A stretch of 64,000 nt of DNA, taken from Intoshia linei. Its lineage: Eukaryota > Animalia > Orthonectida. Of the stretch, positions 27,771-41,500 are shown piece after piece. The DNA lies in contig LWCA01000025.1 of NCBI GenBank assembly GCA_001642005.1, positions 13,739 to 77,738 of the forward strand, written 5' to 3'. The number at the start of each line of letters is the position of its first letter. Position 1 is the stretch's first letter. Made by a program: the position numbers and the translations under genes. The notes below the pieces were generated by a model that was not told where the DNA came from, did not search any database, and saw nothing but the letters and a program-made list of their open reading frames with translations.

Positions 27771-27924
27771 AAGTGGCCAGAAAAAATACGTACTATCAAT
27801 TTTAGTTTATTTGGTGATAAATGTAAAGCCAAAACTACTTATCTATGATGCCGAACAAAAATTTTCGGCTTAAATTTGATTCCAAATAAACTAAAAGTGA
27901 TAGTACGTATTTTTCTGGCCCCTA
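27771..27924. mobile_element. 154-bp MITE with ~40-bp TIRs and a 9-bp TSD (Mutator-like), nested in a Helitron copy
   Basis: GGCCAGAAAAA(A)TACGTACTATCA.TTTTAGTTTATTTGG inverted at both ends; TSD GTTAACATA at 27762-27770 and 27925-27933. A second partial copy lies at ~53085-53199. Confidence 0.75.
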
Positions 27925-28350
27925 GTTAACATACACATAGAAAATTAATTTACAAATTACAAAATGTTCATCAAATAATTGCCAATGAAAAGTTTGACAC
28001 TAATTTTTAAAAATTTATAAAATAAACTCAAATTTCTTTGCGGCGCACTTTAACTTTACCTATGGCGCACCAATTAAGAATCACTGGTCTAATTAGTTTA
28101 CCTTAAGGTCGTAAAAATACATGGCAAATGCTTACACAGTTCAAATATTGCATACCTCAACCTTTACTTTGTTAAAACACTAAAAAACCTTTAAATATTT
28201 TATTTTTGTATGACCATGTGACATATGTCATCATCTTTGGAGAATGTTAATTTATTAATTAATTAACTATGGAAAAATCTGTATGAAAATGTGAATACGT
28301 ACTATTTTGATGGCACCTGTGTAAATACAGTATATATAATAAACAAAAAA

Positions 28351-31300
28351 ATGTTTGAAATAATAAACGAAAAATTTAATTGTATAAACTACCCATCTAA
28401 AACTAAAAAATACATAGTTATTATTGTACTAATTTTACTCGTTTTAATTGCTGCAATTTTTATTATTATTGCATCTATAAAGGTAAATCTTCAGTAATTT
28501 AATACATAATTATAAATAATTACATTTGTATTGTATAAATTTTATACAGCAACGTCAAACAATGTGTATTTAAAACTCAAACCGAAAGACGTCAAATCAG
28601 ATAATCATGGATGTAATAGATTAAATATACACTCAACTAATTTAATTTTTTAAATTAACGTATGCTTTTGAGTTATCAAAACATTTTTTAGAAAGAATCC
28701 TATATTTTGTTATTAATTAATTCATACAGATCAAAACAAATATATTTTTCAAAGTTAGCCTACTAACGTGAAAAGTTAATTTAAATTTTTTTACAAGTGG
28801 TTCATTGTCAAAAAAGTTAGAAAACCACTGATTTAAACACATAACTGATAACAACTTGTTAATATTAATATTAACGTAAAATTTATTTAAATAGAAAAAC
28901 GTCTGCACAAACTACGAATGCCTTAAAATAAGTGTATACATGACTAGCAGGATGAATAGATCTGCAGACCCATGTGATAATTTTTATAAATATGCATGTG
29001 GAAATTTTAAACAACTAAATGATGTGTCAATAAGACACAACCTAGAGGACAAAGTGTCATTTTTAACACAAATCAGTGATATTTCAATAAAACATGTAAT
29101 AAAAATAATAAACAAATATATTAATATAAAATTTATAGAAATTGAAAACGGATGCATTGAAATTTAAAAATAAAAAATCTACAGCCATGATGAAGCTGAA
29201 AAAAACATACTTTTTGTGTTCGTATGTCCATTCTTATACCAAATATCTTAAAAATTTTGACATTATTGATGCCTATTTTTCTTTCGATCATAGATACAAT
29301 GATAATTCAATACATTATACTATAGCACGAATTTATAATTACACAGAAATTTTACCTTTTTCAGATTTATATGTATCGCTATATAATAAAAAAAGAATTA
29401 TCAAAGTAAACAAAACAATGTAACTTTTAATAATGTACTTCAATTTTAGATTAACTTTCATTATGATCAACATGACTTATTGTTTTATCCATCACAGTTA
29501 TATAATGGATATCGATACAAAAATGTTATCATTGAATCATTGAAACAAATGGGTTATGTCATTACAATTAAATTGCTCATAGATATTAAAAAACTAGTTC
29601 ATTTCATTGAACATGTAGGTACCGTGCTGAATCATTGTAAACACATAAAAATGAATTCAAATAAAACTATATACATTAAATTGATAATTATCAATGGAGT
29701 GATAATATATATCATTATAGATGCATATGAAATTTATCAAATTGATATTTGTTAATATTCAACCAGATGACATAATTCAATTAAAAATGAATAAATGCTC
29801 ATACAAATTATTAAAAATGCTTAAAGTAACCGATAAAGCGTATAATTACTATACTTATATCACCGTCCATAGAAATAAAATATCTAAGTATGTGTACAAA
29901 ACCGATATTTCGGAATAAAATTTGACAAGTCCAACCAAACAGTGTTATAGGCTATCTAGGTTTATCACCGTGTAAATGTGCATACCTTTAGTTATAATGC
30001 CACTGTGTATACATTTGTACATTGACTATGTGTATTACATATTATAGAGTATTTTTTTAGAGTTTTAAACAATTACGTACTATGGTCGGCATATATGAAA
30101 GTCATACATTTTGTATCTCAAACACAATTCAATATCGTAGACAAATACTTGAGGCATGATAGGAAGTATAGAAATAATATCAATTGCATAAGTTTTATCA
30201 AAATATACATGACTGAGGCAGTTAATGCGATTTATTTAGAAAATTTGTAATTTATAGATTCATTAAAGTTTTAAAATAAATATATGTATATTTATACTAT
30301 ACAAATACATTTCTTTTTTCGCAATGATATATACATGCTACAATCTGTAGTTACATTTTTCATTTTACTGAAATTCAGTAATTGTTTTACTAGTAAAAAA
30401 TAATTTTAACCCTAAAAAAATCAATTATGCATACTAATTATAATTAATAAATTTAGAGACACAGCAGCTATCAATTTTTTTAATAATCAAAAATTGCAAG
30501 AATTCAAACAAATAACTATACTTCATGTAAAAAAAAATAATTGGCTACATGATACAATGAAAAATTTAATATTTAATCACATATCAAATATTAAATTAAT
30601 AAATGCAAGTATTTATCAAAATAGTTCCGTTATTGATTCATTTTACAATACTTTGAATCTTACTGAAAGTGACAGTTTCTTATCGGTGTATTATTCTATT
30701 ATGAAGTTTCGTATAAATAGAATCGTTAAACGATACACTGCTAATACATCTGAATAGTAATTTTTTTACTTATTAATTATTTGAGTCTAATTATTAGACA
30801 GTTTTTTTAAATCGAAATTAAAGTTGCACAAATACCAAAAATAAGGGGGTCTCACATTCACCTGAAACACAATTAAAAACACTGAGTATGCATTTTCTAA
30901 TTTAATCTAAAAGTTAATTCCCAACCCTAAACAACTCTCCGAGGCTCTTAACTTGACGTTTTAAATGTAACACTTAAAATAGTTGATATTAAAGAATAGA
31001 ATTATTTTAATTTGCAAAAATGTGGCGACCATTTTATAAAATTTTGTTGATACCTTTCCAAGAAGGATTTTTGGTAGAGTAGGTTCTGTATTGTATACTA
31101 TACATATTTAACATTGAGATTCAATTAAAATACAAAAAATACAGATATGTTATCACAGTAATTATTATGTACTTGTCAAAATATTTATTTTGCATCTTTT
31201 TCAACGTGTGGGCGCAAAAATTTTAAAGAATATAAATATTGAAGAAACCAATGTTTATGCATATATTTATACGTACTGTATGTACATTGCACAATGCAGT

Positions 31301-34300
31301 GCAAAGGCAGTGCTTTCCAACTAAGTTAGATGCGATTTCAATTTCAATCAAATATTTTTCGGGTACATTAATTAGTTATATTTAGTATATTATAATATTA
31401 TAATGGAAAAACATTATTTTCCGAAAAAATTATTACTAAGCGATTCTTTTCGAATAAAAATATTATGTCGAACAAATATGAAAATTAATGTAATTTATAA
31501 TAGATAATAAAATTAATGAAAAATTTGTGTATTTTTGTATAAATTATAACATATATAATTATATATTATAATATTTCAAAAATTTGCGACCCCTCTAGAA
31601 TACACCTGCAACATAAAAATGTTTTGCGACATACGTGTTTGAAAGCAATGTATTATAGTGTCATTTTAAATTAATATTTTAGCAATGTTTATGCGCCAGA
31701 GTCGCTACTTATTGCAATTATTTTTTTAATTATTAACTATTTTAGTTTAATAAAAGAATTCTTACCAAATGCAGCATATTATTTTTTTGAAAATAAAATA
31801 AATGTTAATTCGGGATTATTGAGACCGCCAATTTATAATACATCAAACATGTAAATTTATTTATATTTATAAATAATATCACTACATCATATTTTTCTAA
31901 TAAAAAAGAGTGGACACCCTAATACAGACCCGTCCATATGTTTTGAGCACCTTATAAAATCTTTAATTATTTTATTCATAAATGTTTTTCATTAATTTAT
32001 TTTATATTTCAAAGAATGTAAATATGATCGCAAGTTATTAATTAAATTTGAAGATTGTTAGATAATTATCTATTAATCTAATATCTAATAATTATAATTA
32101 TTAGATATGAGAATGATGATATTAAATTTTAATAATTATAGTAATTCATGTTTTAATATTTCTGCCATTTACTGAAAATACGTCATCGAATCTTCTCGGT
32201 ATAGACTCATAAAGTTTTTTGATATAATCGTTATATTTTATAAAATTCTTCATTTTTTAATCTCCATAGTGATTTAAAATTTTGAGGACCTCGTTGACCC
32301 ACCCTTTTCTTTAATTGACTTTAAATTTTTCGATTATATTCAAATCTGGGCTTTGTGGCGGCCAATTTGGTAGCATATTTAGATGCTGACTTTGTATCAA
32401 TTGGCTCGTAAATCGTGACGTATGAGATGAAGCACCATCTTGTTGTAGAATATATATTGTATCATGCATTTCGCACATACGTTTCCAAATATTACCATAT
32501 TCATGCGAATTAACGCGATTAAAGCATCGAACAAGCAATCTTTTTCTCTTCTGCATAATCGCACCCCGGACCATAATACTTGGAGAGAATTTGACAGTGG
32601 CGTGGACATGTGACAATCTATATCTAGTATTTTTTCACCGTCTTATATACTTCATAACTCTAGAGTTTAGATTTATCTTGGTTTCATCGCTATAAACGAC
32701 AAAATCCCAATCATGCCCAGACCAGTCTCGACGGTTTTGGCACCAGTTCAATCTCTTTCTCTTTTTCAAAGTTTTCAAATAAGGCTTTTTCACTGCAATG
32801 CGTTCAAATAAACCGCTACATCTTAGACAACGTTTAACAGTACCGAGACTAACTTTTGAATCCGATGTATCGAATTTTGGAGCTTATTAGCAGTCAAGAA
32901 AGGGTTTGATTTTGCTTTAATTTTTAATAAACGATCCTACCTGACTGACATTTTTCTTGGTCTTTTTTTTTTAGGTCCATTAATTAGATGTAGACCTTTT
33001 TAATTATTTCTTGAACTGCTGCCTGAAGACAGAAAGCTGTCTTACAATTTTTAGTTGGGTATACCCTCTATTGAAATATGTGACAACCATTTCGCACTTC
33101 TAAATATTTATTTGACCTATCTAGTTAAAATTTCAAATAAGAATAATATTAATTACCTATATAGCAAAAAATACGTTTTTGAAATTAATGTAAGTAAAAG
33201 TGCTCAAAATATTTGAAATATTGTTATTTATAAATAAATCAGTTTTTATTAAATTTAATATATTGTCGCAATCAACAGTATTTTTTAAGGAATGGAATTT
33301 GTGTTATTAAGTACATGAGCCACTTAAAAAAATTATAAAATTGAAATTTTATACAAATTGCGGCGATTTTACTAAGTGCTCAAAACATATAGACGGATAT
33401 GTATACTACATCGATCATGTCAAACTCAAATACGTTTCGGGCCGCATCATAAAAATTTTCTTACCATCAACTTTGGTACATATATAGAACATATATTGGT
33501 ACAATATACAATAATTTAATTATAGACAAAGTATTAATTATGGATCATATGGAGCTATGCTAGGACATGAAATTACACACGGATTACAAACTTTTTGTAA
33601 ACTTTAATATTTATTTCTAAGATGTTAATATTAAAAAATAAATTAATCAGTAAAATCTGAGAGTTGAAGAATTATCGCAAATAAAAAAATTACTCATAAC
33701 ACTGAAACATACAATATTGTCATTGGGCTGAAGTAAAATCCTGTATGGACAGACATTTTGCAATTTTTGATTAATCGCCTGTACCCGTCCTAAAGTTTTT
33801 ATTTTATAAAGATCCGTATTTGTCGTCTTGAGCAAAACGTCATGAAAAAGATTAGGGGCCACATGACCCAGATGTACAATCATGAGGGCTTAACATTTGA
33901 AGTTATTAATAGTTTATGGTGAACACATTTTTAAACAAAAACGGTCCATTAAACCATGTTAAAAGATTCTCCTACTTTTGTCACGGCGGGCCGGTAACAA
34001 ATTATAAAATTTTAAACGAAGTTTCTTGACTAATTTTGACATTTGATATGAATAATTTGATAAAAAACGTAATAAATTGACTTGTAATTAGTAAAATGTA
34101 TTCATAATTTTTTCGCAGACCAGTATTTGAGAAAATCTGGATTAAACCATATATAATTATAATCATTTTTTAAATTCTAGTACAGTTAACTATTTCAAAT
34201 TTTTTATTTTCATAAAATACTTTTGCAAATTACAAAAAATGAATAATAAAGTGGTTTTTTGACCGTGAAGAGGTCACTTTGTTAGATTGAATTGTTTATG

Positions 34301-35256
34301 CAAGTTAACTGGATATAAAATTATCAGCTGTAATTTTTTTTTAAAATTTTAGGACTATTGTCATTTTTTAAAAAAAGAGAAACTGGGTTTCGACCGTGAA
34401 AATGCAGTTTTTTGGGGTTTTCATTGATGGTAATGCTTATGAAAAACTAAAAAATAAAAATAAATTTTTAAATATGTATTTGTTCGATAACTTATCCTAT
34501 ATTATTGTGTGGAGTTTTCTATGATATAGACATATATCCATAATGATATGTATTTAGATGCAAGAAATATAGACACTATCAGAGGCTCATTTGATAATAA
34601 TTTAATTTATAAAAAAAAAAGAAAATGTATCATTGACCAATACAGTCATGTCAACATTAGTGGAGTTATGTTGAATGGAGAGAAAACTATATACGAAGAT
34701 ATTGCTGATTTAGGCGGAATTAAAATAGGTTATAAGGCTATGGAACATGCAAAAAATCTAATCAATCAGAAACTCATCAACTTTGAAAAATTTACAAAAG
34801 AACAAATGTATTTCTTATCATATGCACAGGTAGTGCCATACATTTAACATATTTAACAATCCATTTACCATGTATATCATACACCAGCCAAGAAATTTAT
34901 AATTATTGAATATTTATATGTATTTATGAATAATTATTAATATTGAAGGTTTATATACGTAATAATAATAATAAAATAATAACTTTGAAATACATAATGT
35001 ATATAAATTATTATATATTCTTTCTTTATTATGTAGTACTTGAATATAGTTTTAGAGCTATTGTCATTCTTACCCTGACTACCATCTCAAGCATATGGTA
35101 TTTCAGCAGCATCATTCTATACATGAAGCAAGGTACATAAAGCTATATAGAATACAGTGGAGGCTTCACTGTTATATTTAAATACATCTAAAATACAATA
35201 CGCTTTTAAAATTTTTTAATCATTACAGAAATTTTTTTCAATGTACGCTTAAATAA
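28351..35256 (+). CDS. Divergent M13 family (neprilysin/ECE-like) type-II membrane metallopeptidase
   Basis: N-terminal TM (IVIIVLILLVLIAAIFIIIA); C...MNRSADPCDNFYKYACG; PNAAY..ENKI..GLLRPP; YGSYGAMLGHEITHG (HExxH, 33566-33580); NGEKTIYEDIADLGG; EQMYFLSYAQ; HSIHEAR. Start codon and last exon are uncertain. Confidence 0.85.
31925..33401 (-). mobile_element. Full-length but inactivated Tc1-like element (DD35E) in a neprilysin intron
   Basis: 26-bp TIRs CA(G/T)A(C/T)CCGTC(C/T)ATATGTTTTGAGCAC flanked by TA. Transposase motifs WDFVVYSDETK, QQDGASSHTS and WPPQSPDLNIIE, with frameshifts and stops. Confidence 0.92.
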
Positions 35257-35270
35257 AGTTTTATGTAATA

Positions 35271-35523
35271 CAGTATTCTCTCTATAACTCGCGATTTTTT
35301 TTTTTTTTGAAAAAGTTGGCGAGATAGAAAATTTAAAACTATAGAAACATCAGATAAAATCTTTAAATGAAAGGTTAAATTGCAATAAAATGTAAATTGT
35401 AATATAAAATAATAATATTTTGAAAAATTCTAACGTTCTAAAACTTTTAGTTTATAATTTAAATTAATGGCGAGTTAGAGAATTAGCGAATTATAGAGTT
35501 TGCGAGTTGTGGAGAGAATACTC
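35271..35523. mobile_element. pogo/Tigger-type MITE
   Basis: TA|CAGTATTCTCTCTATAACTCGC ... GCGAGTTGTGGAGAGAATACTC|TA with repeated GCGAGTTA-like subterminal motifs. Another end lies at ~46213. Confidence 0.8.
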
Positions 35524-35830
35524 TATTTAAAAATATTTTAGAGTAAATATGCCTCTATCAAATTTTGATAAATTTTCGAAAGCATTCAAGTGTTCTCTTC
35601 AAACCAATATGAATTTAAAAGATAAATGTGCGTTATGGTGAAATTAAAATATATAATGTATGCGTTAAATTTAACTTAAATAAGTCTTCTCCAAAAATTT
35701 TTTTAAAATTAATTAAACATGAAAAATACTAATATTATATGGAATATAGTATACTATCTGAAAAATCCGGATTTTACGCAGTAAAATCAAACAAGCTATG
35801 GATTCTAGTGTATATTTAAAGAAATTAAAT

Positions 35831-37196
35831 TTACTCGTGTTCGCTCTTCATTTTTTCATTACCAGACAAATTTTTCAAATTATTATAATTATTCGATTGT
35901 AGAGTAGTTTCCAATTTATTAACAAGAACGCCGACCAAAATGTTAACAATAGCAAAAGATCCCACAGTAATAATAACCATTCCAAAAATCCGAGTATAAA
36001 CACGATATTCGTATTTTGTATTTTTAATAATATCAACCCAACCATCTTCCGTCAGAAAGACAAAAATGGAAAACAAACAAGTTCCAATGTTATTAAAATT
36101 ATTATTGACAGTGTGAAAAGAAAAAAATCCAATTATCGATATTGGAATAATTGCAATTGTAATAACGAGAATAATTTTTGATATGGGAATAACCGCATTA
36201 CTAAGAGTTTGAATCATAATCCGGAGTCCAAAAATGGATCTATATTTTTGAAAAAATTTCATGTGTGCCAAATCATATATAGAAGATATCAGCCATACAC
36301 ACAAATAATACGACAAATGTGGTTTTATTATAGCAATAAATATAGATGTTACACATATTATATTATTGAAATCATAGATAAATAAATATATAGTTGGTGT
36401 ATAGATATATATTATAAAACATCTAATCATAAATATTAAGGCGGTTATTTGATCAATTATGTATATTGAGTAAAATTCCGTCTCATTCATATACACTTTA
36501 TTTAATCGCCATATAAGAGATGTTGTGTGCATTATACATGTCAATATGATTATGAAATCTTTTAATATGTTTAAATAAATGAATGCTTTCTTGTATTCAC
36601 CTAAATTGCAATATTTTTTAGATACAATTATGTAATATATCAATAAAATGCAGACATATGTAATACAGTAAACGCTCAAATAATGAATTGCATCGAACGA
36701 GCAACATAATAGTAACCTGTAATTTAATATTATGCTTAAAAGTTATCAAATCCTGGTGAAAATAAACCATTTTTTAAAAAATGGCCAGTTCGCGAGCGTT
36801 TGACTGATAATTCCTAGATAATGAAATTTGATCACAGTTTATCAACAAATTTGATTTTTCAAAATTAAACTGTTTAACATATTTTAACTTATTTATAAAA
36901 CACTATAATCACATGAAACGTAGATTCATTATGATTTAGTCACATTTTTGTATTTATATATCAAAAATTCCATTAACTAACAATTATAATAAATTTAAAT
37001 AAAATAAACTTGTTTCGTCAACTGATCCAGGTTCATTATTTATATCCTGCTTAGAATTTATTTCAGTTGAAAATTTTTCTTGTTTTTGTTCAATGGTCGG
37101 CCAAAAAAATTGAGGTTTGACAAAATTTAATTTTATTCTGTTGACAATTATTATCCTTCTGACTACTCTTTGCCACAACTTTATATAATGAGACAT
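35831..37196 (-). CDS. CatSper-type single-domain 6-TM cation channel alpha subunit, closest in motif to CATSPER4
   Basis: Pore loop FNNIGTCLFSIFVFLTEDGWVDI (CatSper4 has TQDGWVDI); S6 IITVGSFAIVNILVGVLVNKLE. Probable first exon 37196->~37010; 5' and 3' exon boundaries are approximate. Confidence 0.75.
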
Positions 37197-38525
37197 TTTT
37201 AATACTAATATTATTTTATAAAAATTGATTATGCGTTGATATTAAACTTTCATTTTTAAACTTATATTTTTTGATAAATTTGAATGTTTGTGAAAATTTA
37301 ATAGATATTATCACAGAATCTAATGGCTATGGGATACATCTATAATTAATATATTCATTTTTTTGTTAAATTTTATACCAATTTCGAATATATGAGTATA
37401 TTATTATTATATATATTAATATATAATTGTACTGCAATTAATAATATTTATCGAGTATAATCGGTTGAAGAGTATCTAGCCATAGACCAAGTGTCCTCAT
37501 CCTCGTTACCGTGATGAAATGTAAGTTTTATCAAAAAAAATATATACTACTTTCAAATGTATTGTACATATTGTGTAAACTATACATTCTTAACAGAGAC
37601 AAAATAATTTCAAAACTGTCTCAATAAATCCCATTTTAAAAAAAGGTAATTTAGGTTTTTCACACTAAAGGCGTAAATTTCGGAATGAAATTGGCAACAA
37701 ACATTTTTATCAAAAATTTGTATTAAAAATTTAGTTTTTTTAATTATAGGACGCTTAATTTTTTAATTAAACGTTACACACATAGATAGGCATTGAATTT
37801 TATATGATTGAAGGATACATTTGGTGTCCAAGAAACCTTAAAATTAAAAATTAGTGCTCATCTGTTAAAAAAGGCGAGGACCTAGTGCACAATCTACCAT
37901 ACCGAGAAGTGATTGTAATTTCCCGGGAAATTTCATAAATCAAAAACCGAAAATTCAAAATTATATTTACCGAGAAAAATTATTATTTACTAAAATTATA
38001 ATTAATAATAATTAATTAATAAATATAATTTATTACTATAATACAAAAAAAAAATTATTTATTCAATATGCAAGTATGAAAAATTTAATCTAGTCAAGGA
38101 GGCGCCCGATTTATGCGATTGATAAATCCTAATCATCGTACTAAACGATGCTAAAAACCCATAATAAAGAATAAAGTTGTAGAATATTATACAAATTGAT
38201 TATAGATAGTGAACAGATTAGAGTGATTAGATTAGAGAAAATAGTGAGATATAATACTGATTATAATGAGCCAATTATAGTAAAAAATATTTAAAACGGT
38301 GTTGAAGATGAAAAAATTTAAAAATAAATAATTTACATATTTACTCAAATAACCACCAAAATTATTCTGTGCGCTACTAGTTGCCGACCCTGCTGTATAT
38401 AATCTACATTGTACAATGTACATCTGTATTGCATAAGTGTAAAGTGATGCAGAAGTATAGAATTTAAAATGTATTATATATATAATTATTTTTTATTACA
38501 AATATTTCAAATACATCGCATTCAT

Positions 38526-41500
38526 TTACATGTTGTGTGCTAGTTTCATTTCCTTAATTGATTCAGCAAGTTCATTGAATGGTTTATCAATTTCAGCAAA
38601 TAATATACAGTTTTTTATGGTTTTCATATTATTAATATAGATAATAATAGCAAAAATATTACTAATAAATAATATATTAATATGATTACTTTACATATTA
38701 AGATGTGCCCTCATTTAAAAAAACGAAAATAACTAACAAATAAATATAAGACTTTTTATTACCAAAACGACGCGGTACCTTAAATTTGTTAAATTGTAAA
38801 AATTTAATTTGTTAATTTAATTGTTAGAAAATACCGAGCACATCGTTTTGTCATAAATAAAAAGTTTGATCATTCCACGCTGGATATTTTTGACTGATTA
38901 AAACAGAATTTTGTTTGAATAGACAGATTGATCTATAATAGGGGTGTCAGACTCAATTTGCTAGACGGGCCAAATGTAAAAAAAATTATTACGCGGGCCG
39001 CACAAAAAAAATCTTTACTCAAAAAATTATGTTAAAAGTAACAGATTTAATTAATTTTAATTCATAAAATAAAATATGAAACAATAAAAATGGAATAAAT
39101 GTAAAAATAATGTTAAAATTGTAATAATGAATAAATAAATCATGAAAAATATATGAAAAGACTGTAAAATAAGAAATATGTGTGAAAAATTGTTATAAAA
39201 AATAAAAATTTATATTATAACGCGGGCCGCACATTCCATAATTAGGGGCCGCAAATGGCCCGAGGTCGCATATTTAACACCCCTATAGATTCTATACAGT
39301 AGAGTTGTGAAACACGGTATAAAGTTTGTTTTCGGATTAAATTTGGTTAAGGGTTTTTATTTATGACATTTTAAATGTCATATTTGAACCGTGTTGCAGA
39401 ATTCTAACAAACAGTACTCTTCCTCTCTAGATTTCCAATGTTGAGACTTGGTCAATATTAGAACATTACAGAAAATGAAAATTAGATAGAGAATATTTTA
39501 CATTAATTAATTGTAGAATATTAAATTTCAAAGTGAAGATAATTACCTCTGTTGCAACCATTCAGATTGAAATTTATATCTAATTAATATTAATTGAAAA
39601 CTTATATAATAATAAATATGAAAATTTAAACTAAATCATTATATGTAGATTAATAGTTAAAAATTACTTTGTCGATTTATTTATTAACCCAATGTAGCAA
39701 ATTCTATTTAAATAATAATGAATTCTAAAAAATTTTCTAAAATAATTCAATTAGTAAAATTTCACTTCATATACACTTGATAAGATGATAAAACTTACAA
39801 TCGACCAGAATCAGTTATAACCAGACCATTATTTCCAAATTGAAATGTACAGTGAATTTTGGAGATATTTTTATCATGTATTTGCTTCGAGCATTGTTTT
39901 AGTCCGACATCATTTTCAATGTAGCTTATATTTATTTCTCCGACATAATATGCTTCGAAAACTAAATGACTTTGAAATACTACAGTATACTATCAATCTA
40001 CAGTGTAGATTCTATACTATACAGGTTATAAATATATTCAATGATATAAAAAAATAATATATAATATTTATTATGATATGTTATAATTAACTAACTTGAA
40101 TTTTTTTTTTCGTCAGGAGATATATTTAGAGATGATGAAACAATGACTAAAATATACATTAATTATTTTAATTAGCAATATTATTAGTTAAAACCAACCT
40201 TTCATGACTGGTAAAATTAGTTTCACCGCCAATATTCCACTATTAAACATATGATCATGAATGAGACTAGTTAATGAATCTAAATTATACATTATAATTC
40301 ATAAAAACTTTGAAATTACTTTAGTTAATAGAAATTTCATGTATAGTCAAAACTCACTTCAGTGCACAACATACTTGAGAATGATTTGATGATTCAAAAA
40401 AATTAACAAACTAAATTTTATGTACAACCTTATTAATATTTATAAAAATATTTAAAGATTTTCGACTATTCGAATAAATATTAGCCTAAAATTTAATGCG
40501 ATACGATTATAGTCGATCTTTTATAACTATCAAATTTTTTTGCAAATTATTTAATACATCCATATAATATACAGACAACGTTTTTTAAAGATACATATAA
40601 CCCGTTCATTATGCGCATATACACAAACCGGATCACGATAAAATACATACAATTTAAACATATTATTCTTAAAACCCCTCAACTCTGACACATCAATGGA
40701 AAACTGTACAATATACAATTACTGTAAAATAAATCATTTTCGGTAGAATTAATCTTCAATCCTTGCTTGGTTGATAAAATAAGATAATGATAAATCTTTA
40801 TGTTTGATGAAATATCTAAAATGTAAATTTATTCTATGTAATGTCTCTAATGTGATTATATATAATCACGTTATTGTAAATAAACTATAAGTACATATAC
40901 CATATATAATATATTATACATATGTGTATTTAATGGGTATATTTATTTCTTCACCGAAAACGATGGCATTTATGGTATACCGTATAAACCAGTATTGACA
41001 GCTAAATCATAGGCATTTTCTATGGATACACTACGCCTAATGATAAAATTTCCTGTCCGACCTTTCCTGAGTTGCATTTCGGCTATCAAATACTCAATGA
41101 ATAGACACATTTTAAAAATATTAATTAGGTACAGTATACATTATAATTGTGACACGTGGATTTTATGATCTAAACTTAAAAGTTGATTTTTCAAAAATTT
41201 TTATCAAAAAAATTAAAAATTTATATAGTGACATGTTGACGTCAATTTTGACAAATGATGGCGAATTCAGAGTCAATTAATGTAATTTTATCTACATCAA
41301 ATTTTTCAGTACATTTACAATAACCCATCTCCTTTATAAATAAACATTACTCAAAGTTGAAAGATTTGGTATACTGCACTAATTTTAATAAGTTCAAAGA
41401 TTATAATATACCTTGCACTTTAGATATAGAAGGCATAAACCATAAAGACATGGTAGTTTTAATATTGGTTAAATCTGATTGTCTACATAATACTATTTAA

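Noticed and set aside
33647-33883. ORF with HLGH resembling an integrase zinc finger
   Set aside because: No downstream CxxC or other pol motifs; left unassigned.
39845-40057. ORFs antisense to or overlapping real exons (also 6167, 7073, 22309, 32397, 43731, 54581, 59087, 60959)
   Set aside because: Shadows of tensin, COUP-TF, NICE-3 or transposase sequence in another frame or strand.
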